Assembly: GCA_038064735.1 (NCBI GenBank)
Contig: JBBTSI010000003.1
Span: forward strand, 21,154-85,153
Source: Patescibacteria group bacterium
Lineage (GTDB): Bacteria; Patescibacteriota; Minisyncoccia; Phycocordibacterales; WO2-35-19
DNA: 64,000 nt
Reading direction: 5' to 3'
Part shown: one piece after another, positions 28,394-38,611 of the stretch
How positions within the stretch are numbered: the stretch's first letter is position 1
Layout of the letters: each line of letters starts with the position of its first letter
Translations under genes and position numbers: made by a program
The notes under the pieces: model-generated
The model's input: the letters and a program-made list of their open reading frames with translations, nothing else
What the model was told of the DNA's origin: nothing
The model's database searches: none

Positions 28394-28456
28394 CCCGTTA
28401 GAAGTTTATATAATTAATAATTTGTTATTTTTGATTCCCGTGACTTCTAACGGGAT
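28392..28456. repeat. MITE-like element (family C) overlapping the topA start codon
   Basis: 14-bp TIR ATCCCGTTAGAAGT/ACTTCTAACGGGAT. Confidence 0.8.
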
Positions 28457-28569
28457 TCATATATAAGTACAGAATAAGTTATAAAAATAAAAAAAGCAAA
28501 AACGAGTCTGCAAATAGTCGCCAAAGCAACTGAGATGCAGACTCGCTGTTTCAGAGAGTCTTCGGTCAT
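28447..28569 (-). CDS. small membrane protein (40 aa)
   Basis: TGATG-coupled to the upstream sORF; stop TAG lies in the family C repeat. Confidence 0.35.
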   Translation of the reverse strand: MTEDSLKQRVCISVALATICRLVFAFFIFITYSVLIYESR

Positions 28570-28673
28570 CACCAATCTTTCTTGCCTCCTGGAAAAACTA
28601 AAATCCAACAATCCACAAGAAAAACAAATGCTATTGTAACTATAAGCCAAAGCAAGTCTACTACTGTAGCCAT
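28569..28673 (-). CDS. small membrane protein (34 aa)
   Basis: GAGGAGG SD; MATVVDLLWLIVTIAFVFLVDCWILVFPGGKKDW*. Confidence 0.4.
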   Translation of the reverse strand: MATVVDLLWLIVTIAFVFLVDCWILVFPGGKKDW

Positions 28674-28731
28674 AGCTTATCCTCCTCTGTCTTTAATAAT
28701 AACACAAATATAGTTATTTGTTTAATTGTGT

Positions 28732-29613
28732 TTAAGAAAGCCTTATTTCACCAAGGGTTTCGCGGATGAGACCTTTGAGTTCGAGGAGCGAGAGGAGAGT
28801 TTGGGTTTCGCCTATGGAGATTTGGTGTCTGTTTTGAGCTTGGCGAAGTATTTCATCACGAGGTAGAGGTTCTATTAAAAGTCTTATAATTAACATTTCT
28901 TTTTCCGAACAATCAAAATATTTTTCCTCATCATCCTCATCTTCACCTCCAATTTTTTCTAAATGTAACGCTTCCAAAATATCATCACTGTCGCGGATCG
29001 GTGTGGCACCAAGTCTGATAAGCATATGTGGACCAGAACTTGTGGTATTGAAAATACTGCCAGGCAGTGCGAGGACATCCCTATTGTATTCTGTAGCTAG
29101 ACGAGAGGTGATAAGGGTACCGGATTTTTTCTCGGCTTCTATCACCAATGTGGCGTGGCTCATACCGGCCATGATACGGTTTCTTTGTGGAAAGCTGTAA
29201 TGAGTGGCTTTGAATTCAGGTTCAAATTCATTCATAAGCATGCCGCCTTTTTCTACGATTTCTTGCGCAAGACGAGTATGAGATTGAGGATGTAAAACTT
29301 CGAGTGATAGGCCAGAACCGGGCACAGAAATAGTAGTCAGATTATTTTTAAGAGCGGCTCGGTGTGCAATAGAATCAATACCCAAAGCTAATCCAGAGAC
29401 AATGGTTATAGGGTAGCCGCGTAAACCTTCGATAAAAGTTTCTACTGCGTCTTTACCGTAATTTGTATATTTGCGGGCGCCGACTACGCAAAGCAATTTG
29501 TTTTTCCAATCAGGAATGGTACCTGCATAGAATAACGTTTTTGGCAGTTGTTTGATTTCTTCTAAAAGCGGCGGCCAGTTTTTGCGTTCAAGTTTTTGAA
29601 TTTTGTAACTCAT
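28732..29613 (-). CDS. dprA: DNA-processing protein DprA
   Basis: VVGAR, IVSGLALGID, FPQRNRIMAG, SGTLIT. Confidence 0.95.
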   Translation of the reverse strand: MSYKIQKLERKNWPPLLEEIKQLPKTLFYAGTIPDWKNKLLCVVGARKYTNYGKDAVETFIEGLRGYPITIVSGLALGIDSIAHRAALKNNLTTISVPGSGLSLEVLHPQSHTRLAQEIVEKGGMLMNEFEPEFKATHYSFPQRNRIMAGMSHATLVIEAEKKSGTLITSRLATEYNRDVLALPGSIFNTTSSGPHMLIRLGATPIRDSDDILEALHLEKIGGEDEDDEEKYFDCSEKEMLIIRLLIEPLPRDEILRQAQNRHQISIGETQTLLSLLELKGLIRETLGEIRLS

Positions 29614-29622
29614 TTTTGTTGT

Positions 29623-29696
29623 TGTTAACCCCGTTAGAAGTCAGATGCAAAGCATCTGCTGAAGTTAATAACTTCAGACTTCTAACGGGGTTAACA
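29623..29696. repeat. MITE-like element (family C) with two internal hairpins
   Basis: 20-bp TIR TGTTAACCCCGTTAGAAGTC/GACTTCTAACGGGGTTAACA. Confidence 0.85.
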
Positions 29697-29726
29697 TTTA
29701 TTTTAACAAATGGTAGAATAAAAGAC

Positions 29727-31001
29727 ATGTTGGATATCAAATTTATAAGAGAAAATGCCGAATTGGTCGCCGATGGTGCTAAAAAAAAGCATATTGATTT
29801 TGATGTACAAAAACTCATTGAAGTTGATGATAAAAGAAAGATATTGAGTCAGAAACTTGAAGAAAAGAGAGCCAAACAAAATGAGGTTAGTATCGAAGTG
29901 GCCAAGTTGGGACAAGCCGGTAATATTGCCGAAAAAAGAAAACTCATAGAAGAAATGCAACCTCTCAAAGAGCAGATGCAAAAATTGGAAGAAGAGTTGA
30001 AAGAGGTGATGGCTGAGTGGCAAAAACTAATGGTGGCGGTGCCGAATATTCCTGATATGTCAGTACCGGATGGTGATACCGATAAAGATAATAAAGAAAT
30101 TAAAGTTTGGGGAGAAATTCCAAAATTTAGTTTTGCGCCCAAAGATCATATTGAACTTATGACAAATCTCGGGATGCTCGATCTTAATCGTGGTGCTAAA
30201 GTAGCCGGTTTTCGTGGATACTTTTTGACCGGTGATGGAGCAAGATTACAGTTTGCTCTTTGGCAATTCGTTAATGATTTTTTTAATAAAAAAGGAGGAT
30301 TTATTTCAATGATCGTACCATCGCTTGTCCGTCGAGAGCCGTTTATTGGCACAGGATATTTACCACAAGGCGAAGAGGATTTATATAAAACCCAAGATGG
30401 TGAATATCTATCGGGTACAGCTGAAGTGGCGATGATGAGTTATTTTATGGATGAGGTTTTAGACAAAAAAGATTTGCCAAAAAAAATGTTTGGATTTTCC
30501 AATGCATATCGCCGTGAAGCTGGGGCACACGGTAAAGATACAAAGGGCATCTTGCGTGTACATGAGTTTTATAAATTTGAGCAGGTGGTTTTATGCGAGG
30601 CTAGTCATGAAATCTCGGTTAAATATCATGAAGAAATTCAGGCAAATACGGAAGAAATTATGCAAGCTCTTAAGATACCATATCATGTGGTAATAAATTG
30701 TGCCGGTGATTTGGGTCTGGGCCAGGTTAAAAAATATGATATTGAAGCTTGGTTGCCTTCTGAGAATACATATCGAGAGACTGGATCAGCATCTTATTTT
30801 CATGATTTTCAGACTCGTCGTTTAAATATTCGCTATCGTGATGAAGACGGAAAAATGAAATTTGTCCATTCTTTAAACAACACCGCTCTTTCTGGCAGAC
30901 CTCTTATAATGATTGTAGAAAACAATCAGCAAGCCGATGGCTCTATCGTTATTCCTGAAGTACTCCGACCTTATATGGGAGGGAAAGAAAAAATAGGGTA
31001 A
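29727..31001 (+). CDS. serS: serine--tRNA ligase
   Basis: MLDIKFIREN, GTAE, YRREAG, LRVHEFYKFE, HSLNNT; start corrected. Confidence 0.97.
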   Translation: MLDIKFIRENAELVADGAKKKHIDFDVQKLIEVDDKRKILSQKLEEKRAKQNEVSIEVAKLGQAGNIAEKRKLIEEMQPLKEQMQKLEEELKEVMAEWQKLMVAVPNIPDMSVPDGDTDKDNKEIKVWGEIPKFSFAPKDHIELMTNLGMLDLNRGAKVAGFRGYFLTGDGARLQFALWQFVNDFFNKKGGFISMIVPSLVRREPFIGTGYLPQGEEDLYKTQDGEYLSGTAEVAMMSYFMDEVLDKKDLPKKMFGFSNAYRREAGAHGKDTKGILRVHEFYKFEQVVLCEASHEISVKYHEEIQANTEEIMQALKIPYHVVINCAGDLGLGQVKKYDIEAWLPSENTYRETGSASYFHDFQTRRLNIRYRDEDGKMKFVHSLNNTALSGRPLIMIVENNQQADGSIVIPEVLRPYMGGKEKIG

Positions 31002-31843
31002 TGCAAAGCAAAAGATATAAAAAATCATCTTCTATAATAGCCAAGAGAAACAAGGTAAGGAGAGTTTTTACTTTGTCTTTGAAAATTGGTTTACCAGTTA
31101 TATTTTTAGTTGGGTTTGTTTTTGTTTTGCGGGCCGATTTTTTACAAGTGAAAAATTTTAAAGTAGTGGGTGAGGTGGGTGTGTCGGTAAAAGATGTTCA
31201 AAAATCGGCTTCAGATTTTATTTCCGGTAATAAACTTTTTGTTATACCAAAATCAAATATTTTTTTGTTAAATAAAGGAAAGATGGCGGCGGCCCTGATT
31301 GCAAACTTCAGCAGAGTTGAGGAGGTTTTTATTAACAAACAATTTTTGAGTTCAAGTATTGATATTAAAATTAAAGAAAGGCAAGCCGACTATCTGTGGT
31401 GTTCTTTAAATGAATGTTTTTTTATGACCAAAGACGGGCTAGTGTTTGAAAAGGCAGGATTTACAAAATCAGATTTTTTAACGTCTTCAGTTAGTTGGGC
31501 AGAACCTTTAAATAAATTAATTTTTGAGGGCAAATTGGAAGGGGAGCCAATCATGAAAAGTTTTGCCACTTCAGAGAGAATGCAAAATTATCTGAGAATG
31601 GTCAAAACTTTTAAAGATGCGGGTTTTGAAATTATTTCTATCAATATTGAGTCAACTGGTAAGGCGACGGCTAAATCAAACTTGGGTGATATTATATTTA
31701 ATCCAGAAGAGATAGATCTTTCTTTGATAGCCCAAAATGCTATCCTTTTGATAAATGATGCTAAAACTAAAAATCCTTCCACTAAATTCAATTATATTGA
31801 TACCCGCTTTGGCAACAAAATATTTTATAAATTAGTACAATAG
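31001..31843 (+). CDS. FtsQ/DivIB-like cell division protein
   Basis: Basic N-terminus, one TM, POTRA-like region, YIDTRFGNKIFYK. Confidence 0.7.
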   Translation: MQSKRYKKSSSIIAKRNKVRRVFTLSLKIGLPVIFLVGFVFVLRADFLQVKNFKVVGEVGVSVKDVQKSASDFISGNKLFVIPKSNIFLLNKGKMAAALIANFSRVEEVFINKQFLSSSIDIKIKERQADYLWCSLNECFFMTKDGLVFEKAGFTKSDFLTSSVSWAEPLNKLIFEGKLEGEPIMKSFATSERMQNYLRMVKTFKDAGFEIISINIESTGKATAKSNLGDIIFNPEEIDLSLIAQNAILLINDAKTKNPSTKFNYIDTRFGNKIFYKLVQ

Positions 31844-31847
31844 ATGT

Positions 31848-32249
31848 ATGTTTGAAGTGTATGAGAGAGATTCATTTTTTTGGGCTTATGTGAAATGGCA
31901 TTATAGTCAAGGACTCAGGGAACTTTTTGGTGTAGCGCACAATTTTTTGTGGTTTGTTGGACACTTTTTTTCTTTTAGACTTTTATTCAAAACATGGTTT
32001 GCACCATGGAAAAGGTTAGGTGAAAATTATAGTGGTGGTTTTGATTTAAAGACCATTTTTTCCAGTTTAGTGGTCAATAGTTTGATGAGAATAGCAGGTT
32101 TTATTTCTAAAACTGTAATTTTGATTGTGGGTTTTATTGCTTATATTTTGGTTTCTATTTTCACTCTTTTTATTTTCATTATCTGGATTTTCCTACCTGC
32201 GATACTTTTAGGTAGTTTCGTTTTAGCGGTTACTTTTTTTCTTATATAA
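31848..32249 (+). CDS. conserved membrane protein
   Basis: WHY..G, FFSFRLLFKTWFAPWKR motif. Confidence 0.65.
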   Translation: MFEVYERDSFFWAYVKWHYSQGLRELFGVAHNFLWFVGHFFSFRLLFKTWFAPWKRLGENYSGGFDLKTIFSSLVVNSLMRIAGFISKTVILIVGFIAYILVSIFTLFIFIIWIFLPAILLGSFVLAVTFFLI

Positions 32250-32259
32250 ATATAAAATC

Positions 32260-32916
32260 ATGACTTTTAAAGAACTTAAAGAAAAATCTAGACCACATTA
32301 TTATTGTCTTTTTTTGGACAACTTTTTCCCAAAGACTTTGCGGAGCATTTTGAGGGGTTTAATGGCACTTTTAGCTCTGGTTTCTTTTGCCATGTCTTTT
32401 GTAGAGTCGTTGCCTCTTTATTTTAGTCTTGCTGATGGTTTGTTTTTCTTTTTTGTTTTCTTTTATTTGGTACTGTGTTTTTTGGAATTTTTCTACAAAT
32501 CAATGAGAGGTGAAAATATTGATTATGCTCTTTCTAGTATTTTGTTTGTTACGGATGAAATTGATGTTACAAAGGCATTTTTTGAAACAAAAATAGGAAC
32601 AGAAATTTTGACAAGATCTGGTGTTTCTCCGGAATCTTTGAAAGATTTTATTTCTTCCGAAAGGATTCCTATAATGGCTTCTGTTTTAAATTTTGAAAAC
32701 AATTTTGTTGATCTGGTTATTTACACCGTTGCTTTGTACGAAGCTGATAAAAAATTTCAATTATTTCTTTCTCAGAATTCTATAGACAAAGAAAAGTTTA
32801 TAGATTCGGTAAAATGGGTGGCAGATAAAGAAGAAAAAAATCGTCACAAAGAAAGATTTTGGAGTAGAGAAAATTTGGAAGCCATACCATCTATAGTATG
32901 GCTATGTGGGTTTTAG
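32260..32916 (+). CDS. membrane protein, possibly the truncated N-terminus of a membrane-anchored Clp-like ATPase
   Basis: Two TMs, ends shortly after FWSRENL; no AAA motifs. Confidence 0.45.
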   Translation: MTFKELKEKSRPHYYCLFLDNFFPKTLRSILRGLMALLALVSFAMSFVESLPLYFSLADGLFFFFVFFYLVLCFLEFFYKSMRGENIDYALSSILFVTDEIDVTKAFFETKIGTEILTRSGVSPESLKDFISSERIPIMASVLNFENNFVDLVIYTVALYEADKKFQLFLSQNSIDKEKFIDSVKWVADKEEKNRHKERFWSRENLEAIPSIVWLCGF

Positions 32917-32939
32917 CTAGAAATAAGGTAGTATGAATT

Positions 32940-33929
32940 ATGCCAAATTTTTGGGAGAAAATGAAAAAACCAATACTCTGTTTAGCTCCGATGGCTGATG
33001 TCACGGATAGCGCTTTTCGTTATGTTATTGCTAAAAATTCGAAGATTCCTTTTGTTACTTACACTGAATTTGTTTCAGCTGATGGACTTGTGCTTGCGCC
33101 GGAAAAGGGGAAAAAGAAACTTTTGAAAGATTTGGAATTCAATGATATTGAAAGGCCCATTGTAGCTCAACTTTTTTCTAGCGGGCCGGAAATGATGGAA
33201 AAGGCGGCACAGCTTGTGCTAGAGCTTGGTTTTGATGGATTAGATATCAATATGGGTTGTCCGGATAAAAGTATTGAAAAGCAGGGTGCTGGGGCGGCGC
33301 TGATGAAAAACCCAAAATTGGCTCGTGAGATAATCGTGGCTGCAAAACGAGGAGTGAAGGGAAAAATTACAGTCTCTGTTAAAACTAGAATTGGTTATAA
33401 TAAAGATGAATTGGAAACTTGGTTGCCAGAACTTTTGGCAGAAAATCCGGCAGCGATTATCATACATGCTCGCACTCGCAAAGAAATGTCTAAAGTGCCG
33501 GCAAGATGGGATAGAATCAAGAGAGCGGTTGAGATCAGAGATTTTCTAAATTCAAAAACTTTAATTATCGGTAATGGTGATGTGAAAGATATTGCTGATG
33601 CAGAAGAAAAATGTTTTGAGACGGGAGCAGACGGGGCGATGCTCGGTAGAGCGATTTTTGGTAACCCGTGGTTATTTGCAAATTATGAACCAACAAATGA
33701 AGAGCGATTAAAAGTTTTGCTGGAGCATATCAAAATTTTTGATGAAAAATTTAAGGGTATAAAAAGTTTTGCCATCATGAAAAAACATTTCAAAGAATAT
33801 TTGAAAACTCCTGAGCTCACCACTTCGCAAGAGCTTCGCGGTGCAAGTCGGGATTTAAGATTTAAACTTATGAGAACCGAGACTGCCAAAGAAGCGGAGG
33901 ATATGCTTATGGATTTTAATAGCAATTAA
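32940..33929 (+). CDS. dus: tRNA-dihydrouridine synthase
   Basis: LAPMADVTD, DINMGCP, HART, GNGDV, GRAIFGNPW. Confidence 0.93.
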   Translation: MPNFWEKMKKPILCLAPMADVTDSAFRYVIAKNSKIPFVTYTEFVSADGLVLAPEKGKKKLLKDLEFNDIERPIVAQLFSSGPEMMEKAAQLVLELGFDGLDINMGCPDKSIEKQGAGAALMKNPKLAREIIVAAKRGVKGKITVSVKTRIGYNKDELETWLPELLAENPAAIIIHARTRKEMSKVPARWDRIKRAVEIRDFLNSKTLIIGNGDVKDIADAEEKCFETGADGAMLGRAIFGNPWLFANYEPTNEERLKVLLEHIKIFDEKFKGIKSFAIMKKHFKEYLKTPELTTSQELRGASRDLRFKLMRTETAKEAEDMLMDFNSN

Positions 33930-34418
33930 AATCCAAACAAATCCAACAGCGTAGCCAACTAAGACATCAGAGAAATAATGTACTCCCAGATACAGTCTGC
34001 TTATTCCTACTAGAAGAATTAAAGCGACCAGCAAAATCATAAAAGGTTTTTTCAAATAATGTTTGTCGTGCTTCCAAATTATATAAAACAAAAACCCGTA
34101 TAAAGCCATAGCGCCAGTGGCGTGACCACTAGGCAAAGAAAAACCGGTTTCTGGATAAAGCATAAATTCTACAGCTGGTCGTGCCCGCTCTAAAATATGT
34201 TTTAATAAATATGTCGTTATTGTGCTTCCAGCTATGGCTATTAGAAAAGGGAAAATTCTTGATGTGTGTTTGTGAATATAAAAAGAAACAGCTGAAAGAA
34301 AAGCCACACTACTGACTATCATATAACTGCCGGAGTAAGTTATAACCAACATAACAAAAGACAGCCATTCTACCCTATGATTCACAAAAAAATTTAAAAC
34401 AATCTGGTCTATATTCAT
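33855..34418 (-). CDS. PAP2 family phosphatase
   Basis: K...RARP, PSGH, SRLYLGVHYFSDV. Confidence 0.9.
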   Translation of the reverse strand: MNIDQIVLNFFVNHRVEWLSFVMLVITYSGSYMIVSSVAFLSAVSFYIHKHTSRIFPFLIAIAGSTITTYLLKHILERARPAVEFMLYPETGFSLPSGHATGAMALYGFLFYIIWKHDKHYLKKPFMILLVALILLVGISRLYLGVHYFSDVLVGYAVGFVWILIAIKIHKHILRFFGSLGSHKFKS

Positions 34419-34446
34419 ACTCGTATTATATGATATCTTAATAGGT

Positions 34447-35190
34447 ATGGAAAAGACAATGGACGGGGTATTACGTTGTAGTCGGTATTCGTTTGGGCCG
34501 AACAGGCTACATTATTGCGGGCCGGATGCCAATAAAGAATTTAAAGAGCTTATTGAAAAAGACGGGGATGATTTTGGCCTGTCACACCTTTTAAAGCAAT
34601 TCAAAACTCTTTTTCCTTACCTTCGGAAAATTGCCGAAGTGAATAATATAAAAGATCCGTTTGATGCAAAAGTAGTTGAAGCATATTGGCTCGGCAATGA
34701 ATTTTTGGAAAATATAGAAAAAAATACTTTGTATAATTTTTTGGTTTATGATTTGAAAGTGAAAGATAAGTTGAAAAGCAGAGAATTCCATTGGTTGGAA
34801 GAAAAAATAAAACAGGGCGCCGTACCCCATCACTCTTTTCATGTTTTCAATATTTGGGGGCAGGAAGGTCACAATGACTTGTTGACTGAGCTAGATAGGA
34901 TGGATGAATGCCGGATTTCTTCAGGTGTCGTCACCTCTATAAACGGCCCAGAAATCGTAGTTTCCACCGAACCTTTGATTTACACAGCTGGCAAATTTAC
35001 TCTCGGCCAAGCGGCCCCCAAGAGCCTAACGAGGCAACTAGAGGCCGAATATGATATTGAACAGATAAAACCTGGGCAGATAGTTTCTATACATTGGAGT
35101 GTACCTTGCGAGGTTATTACTCAAAAACAGGCTGAAACACTCAGAAAGTACACTTTAAAAAATATTGCTTTTGCTAATTTAAATTTGTAA
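34447..35190 (+). CDS. DUF6390-like hydrogenase-associated protein
   Basis: RYSFGPNRLHYCGP, VVEAYWLGN, PHHSFHV, VSIHW. Confidence 0.7.
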   Translation: MEKTMDGVLRCSRYSFGPNRLHYCGPDANKEFKELIEKDGDDFGLSHLLKQFKTLFPYLRKIAEVNNIKDPFDAKVVEAYWLGNEFLENIEKNTLYNFLVYDLKVKDKLKSREFHWLEEKIKQGAVPHHSFHVFNIWGQEGHNDLLTELDRMDECRISSGVVTSINGPEIVVSTEPLIYTAGKFTLGQAAPKSLTRQLEAEYDIEQIKPGQIVSIHWSVPCEVITQKQAETLRKYTLKNIAFANLNL

Positions 35191-35564
35191 TGAAAAAAAT
35201 CTTTGTATTTGGAAATATGGATTTGGAAATGGATAATCTGCCATTACGGATTTTGTCACAGCTTGTCAAAAAGTTTCCAGGTATTGAATTTGTAGTGAAA
35301 GACCCAAACGAAGAATGGGAAGTGCTGGAAGAATTGGTTGTCTTGGATACAGCAGTCGGTATAAAAGAAGTGACAATTTTTGATAGTTTAGAAAAGTTTT
35401 CCAAACCGCCGAGAGTAGGGATGCATGATTTTGACGCTCTAACTAATCTGCGTTTTTTGTGGAAGCTTGGTAAAATAAAAAAAATAAAAATTATTGCGGT
35501 ACCTCAAAATCTAAAAGAGGATGAAGCAGTTTTGGAAGTAAGTAAAATTTTGGAGAAAATATAA
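35190..35564 (+). CDS. hydrogenase maturation protease-like protein
   Basis: VFGN...DN, VVLD, MHDFD motifs; next to hydrogenase genes. Confidence 0.6.
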   Translation: MKKIFVFGNMDLEMDNLPLRILSQLVKKFPGIEFVVKDPNEEWEVLEELVVLDTAVGIKEVTIFDSLEKFSKPPRVGMHDFDALTNLRFLWKLGKIKKIKIIAVPQNLKEDEAVLEVSKILEKI

Positions 35565-35599
35565 AAAGTTTGGGCGCCATCTTGCGACAGCGCCCTGTT

Positions 35600-36040
35600 T
35601 CAGTCCTCATCTTTTTCCACAATAATTGAGTTGTGGATAAAGACTAAATCTTCTTTTCTTAAAATCAGTTTGTAAGGATTGATGGCGTTTTCGGCTTCAC
35701 CATCGCTGATCACTTTCACTATTCCATTATCGTCTATCATACAAACGATGGCATGTTTTACAGGAGTTGGGCCATCATGATTGTAACGCCAATAATTGAT
35801 GACTGACTCTCTAGAGAAATTATCCTTACGTTTAAATTCTAGACAGAAACGTTTGTAGTCTGTTACCGCATTCGGAAAACATTTTTCGAGTAGCAAAATC
35901 GGGGGTACATCATTTTCTTCGATGATCACTTCCATTCTTTCATAGGAACATTTATCAATTTTCCCTGCTTTCATTTTTTCTTCGGCACATGGCCTGAAAG
36001 CATAACGCAAAAAGATTTGCGGACCTGACAATAATTTCAT
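35600..36040 (-). CDS. hypothetical protein, possible short DUF6390/HypC-like paralog
   Basis: FLRYAFRPC N-terminus and VFIH..IVE C-terminus; AGGAG SD. Confidence 0.45.
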   Translation of the reverse strand: MKLLSGPQIFLRYAFRPCAEEKMKAGKIDKCSYERMEVIIEENDVPPILLLEKCFPNAVTDYKRFCLEFKRKDNFSRESVINYWRYNHDGPTPVKHAIVCMIDDNGIVKVISDGEAENAINPYKLILRKEDLVFIHNSIIVEKDED

Positions 36041-36081
36041 AAAAAGAGCTCCTTTCTCCTTTTTCTATTATAACATTATTT

Positions 36082-37395
36082 TTATAACCATTCAACTTTG
36101 AGGAAGTGCGCGGCGCAAGACATACAAGGGTCATAAGCGCGGATAAGTTTTTCTATTTCAAAGACAATCTTGTCTTTGTCCAGCTGAGCTTCAGCGGAGT
36201 TGGACTGGTCCAAAAGATTTTGAACTAAGACAGCTACGTCACGCTCGATATTTATTTGATTTTGACCTGTCGGCACTATCACTTCGCCACCAGAGACTTT
36301 GCCATCTTCTCCTATGATTATTTTATGATAAAGAGTACCTCTAGGCGCTTCGATGACTCCAATGCCTACTGCTCCGGATTTTGCTTCAGCTTTGATTAAA
36401 GGCTCAGGAGTAAATTTGTTGTTTGAAAGTATATCTATGGATTCGTCTACACAATGCAACGTTTCAATCGCTTGAGCCAAGTTGTTATAAAAAATATCTG
36501 TGGAAGGGAAAAGATTCAAAACTTCAGATGCAGATTCTTTAGTCTTTGGATGGAGTTTATCTTTGGCTAAGTTGATGCGAGCCAAAGCACCAACCATATA
36601 ACCTTCACCTTCATAAGTGTAACCAACTGCCTGTGAATAAGGGATTACGGTCTTTTCAAGATGGTCGCGGAAATCTTTTTCTTCTATTTTTTGACCATCA
36701 CTTGCTCCAATAACACCTTGTATGTATCCGAAAGAATTTTCTGGTACTAATGCTATATATTTGGTTTTGCGATCAAAATGAAATGGTGCGTTTTTGAAAA
36801 CTTCTATAAGTCGCAATACTCCGGACCTGACGTTTTGAAGTTTTTGGATAGCTTCAGCAATACCAGCTTCATCGGGGAATTTGAGGAAACCGCCTATGAC
36901 TGGGTAAGTAGCGTGGACACTTCGGCCCGCGATGAGTGTAGCCAAAAAATTGCCGGCAGACTTTACCTCAAAACCGTCGTGCAAAAGTTGGTGCTGGTAC
37001 GGATCACTTTCATCAAAATCTAAAAACGCATCTTTGTTGAAAATATCCGGCATAGAAAATAGATACAAATGCAAAGCGTGGTCGCGAATCATAAGACCAT
37101 TCATCACAAGAGTTCGCAAAAGTTTGGTTTGTTCTGTTGGCTTTATGTCCAGAGCATTTTCAGAAGCTTCAATACTGCACATTATGTGAGAATTGGAACA
37201 GGTACCGCAGATACGGGCGAGATGTTGGGGGATAGCAACCAAGTCTTTGCCTTTCATGGCTTCGGTGAAAAAGCGTTTGTATTCGTCGGTAGCAAATTTT
37301 ATATCGGTGACTTTGCCGTCTTCTACTTTGAGCTTGAGCGAAGCATTACCTTCTATCTTGGTGATGTGCTCCATTGATAAATCAAAACTATGCAT
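36082..37395 (-). CDS. NiFe hydrogenase large subunit, group 3b-like
   Basis: TKIEG, L1 RICGTC, EAPRGTLYH, L2 DPCMSCAAH plus short tail. Confidence 0.9.
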   Translation of the reverse strand: MHSFDLSMEHITKIEGNASLKLKVEDGKVTDIKFATDEYKRFFTEAMKGKDLVAIPQHLARICGTCSNSHIMCSIEASENALDIKPTEQTKLLRTLVMNGLMIRDHALHLYLFSMPDIFNKDAFLDFDESDPYQHQLLHDGFEVKSAGNFLATLIAGRSVHATYPVIGGFLKFPDEAGIAEAIQKLQNVRSGVLRLIEVFKNAPFHFDRKTKYIALVPENSFGYIQGVIGASDGQKIEEKDFRDHLEKTVIPYSQAVGYTYEGEGYMVGALARINLAKDKLHPKTKESASEVLNLFPSTDIFYNNLAQAIETLHCVDESIDILSNNKFTPEPLIKAEAKSGAVGIGVIEAPRGTLYHKIIIGEDGKVSGGEVIVPTGQNQINIERDVAVLVQNLLDQSNSAEAQLDKDKIVFEIEKLIRAYDPCMSCAAHFLKVEWL

Positions 37396-37876
37396 GTTGT
37401 TTGAATTCAGCTACTAATAAATTTACTTTTTCTAAGAAATTTTCTGGACTCATCGGACAACCAGGGATTTCTACGTCAACTTTGACTACTTCAGAAACTC
37501 TTTTGACTTTAGGGAAAGCACCAAATTTCATAACTAGGAAATCTATATTGGCGTGCTGTTCTTCGGTGAAATTGTTGCGGTTGCCGGCGGGGATGCCTAT
37601 CACAGCGCAAGAGCCGACGGTGACCAGTTTTTTGGAACGACTGCGGATATCTTTTATTTCTGCTTCTTGTTTTTCGGAAGCGACCGCGCCCTCAATGAAA
37701 GCTATATCAAATTCGTCAAAAATGTTGTTTTTCTTCAAAACTCTGACATGACGGAAATCAAATATCTTTTTCCATTCCTGCCAATGGTTATTTAAAACTT
37801 CGGTCATCACTACTGTATTATCTTCACAACAACTGTATGAAAACCACCCTATTTTTATTTTTTTAAATTCTTCCAT
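37388..37876 (-). CDS. NiFe hydrogenase small subunit (short, N-terminal domain only)
   Basis: SCCED, FIEGAV, GSCA, IPGCP. Confidence 0.8.
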   Translation of the reverse strand: MEEFKKIKIGWFSYSCCEDNTVVMTEVLNNHWQEWKKIFDFRHVRVLKKNNIFDEFDIAFIEGAVASEKQEAEIKDIRSRSKKLVTVGSCAVIGIPAGNRNNFTEEQHANIDFLVMKFGAFPKVKRVSEVVKVDVEIPGCPMSPENFLEKVNLLVAEFKQHA

Positions 37877-37900
37877 ATTTTTATTGTATCACGATTAAAT

Positions 37901-38554
37901 TTAATCAAAAGTGTCAAAGATGCCCTTTGACACTATCCTTTTGTAAAGTTTTGTGTTTTCATTTATAAAATTTTTTGTGTTGCCAAATATTTCAGTTAAG
38001 AATTGTTTATGAATTATTTTATTTTTTCTATTGCTTATAAAATCAACATAGCTACTCCATTTGTATTTTTCAGGTTTATCGATAAAACCATCTTTAATTG
38101 GATTCATATGTATATAAGAAGAAATCAGCATAAGTTGCGGATTTGTTTCGATTTGGACAGATTTAAATTGATCTTGGAAAACATGGCCAACTCTTTTGTA
38201 TTTAAGATTTATGTATTTTGCAAAACTGGTAAATACTCTGGACATAAGTTTTGAAATTGATTCATCACCGCACTGCTCTATCAATAGGTGAATATGGTTT
38301 GGCATTAAACAAAAAGCATGAAGTTTAAAATTTTCTGGTTTTAAACTAGTGATCCTTATCCTTGATTTAGGGGATTTGGTTATTTCGCATTCATTCAAAT
38401 CTTTAATATCAAATCCAAGACCTAATCCTAATCTAAAAAGAAAAGTTCTGTAATCTTGTTCATCTCTGAATATTATTTCTTTATTATCACCACGATTATA
38501 GATGTGGTGAATAGAATCTTTGGTGAAATTTTTATAATCTCTATTTCTTCCCAT
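37901..38554 (-). CDS. REP-associated tyrosine transposase (RAYT, Y1 HUH family)
   Basis: HHIYNRG, FCLMPNHIHLL (HUH), GHVFQDQF, YIHMNP, YKWSS; flanked by palindromes. Confidence 0.9.
   Translation of the reverse strand: MGRNRDYKNFTKDSIHHIYNRGDNKEIIFRDEQDYRTFLFRLGLGLGFDIKDLNECEITKSPKSRIRITSLKPENFKLHAFCLMPNHIHLLIEQCGDESISKLMSRVFTSFAKYINLKYKRVGHVFQDQFKSVQIETNPQLMLISSYIHMNPIKDGFIDKPEKYKWSSYVDFISNRKNKIIHKQFLTEIFGNTKNFINENTKLYKRIVSKGIFDTFD
37910..37934. repeat. REP palindrome copy 1 (encodes the RAYT C-terminus)
   Basis: AGTGTCAAAGATGCCCTTTGACACT. Confidence 0.85.
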
Positions 38555-38577
38555 ATTAAAATTATACCACAAGTAAA

Positions 38578-38600
38578 ATGTCAAAGGGCATCTTTGACAT
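38578..38600. repeat. REP palindrome copy 2 (inverted)
   Basis: ATGTCAAAGGGCATCTTTGACAT. Confidence 0.85.
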
Positions 38601-38611
38601 GTCGAAGAGTT

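Noticed and set aside
29616-29726. serS N-terminal extension and ORF 29588-29818
   Set aside because: Read-through of the family C palindrome; MLDIKFIREN is the canonical start
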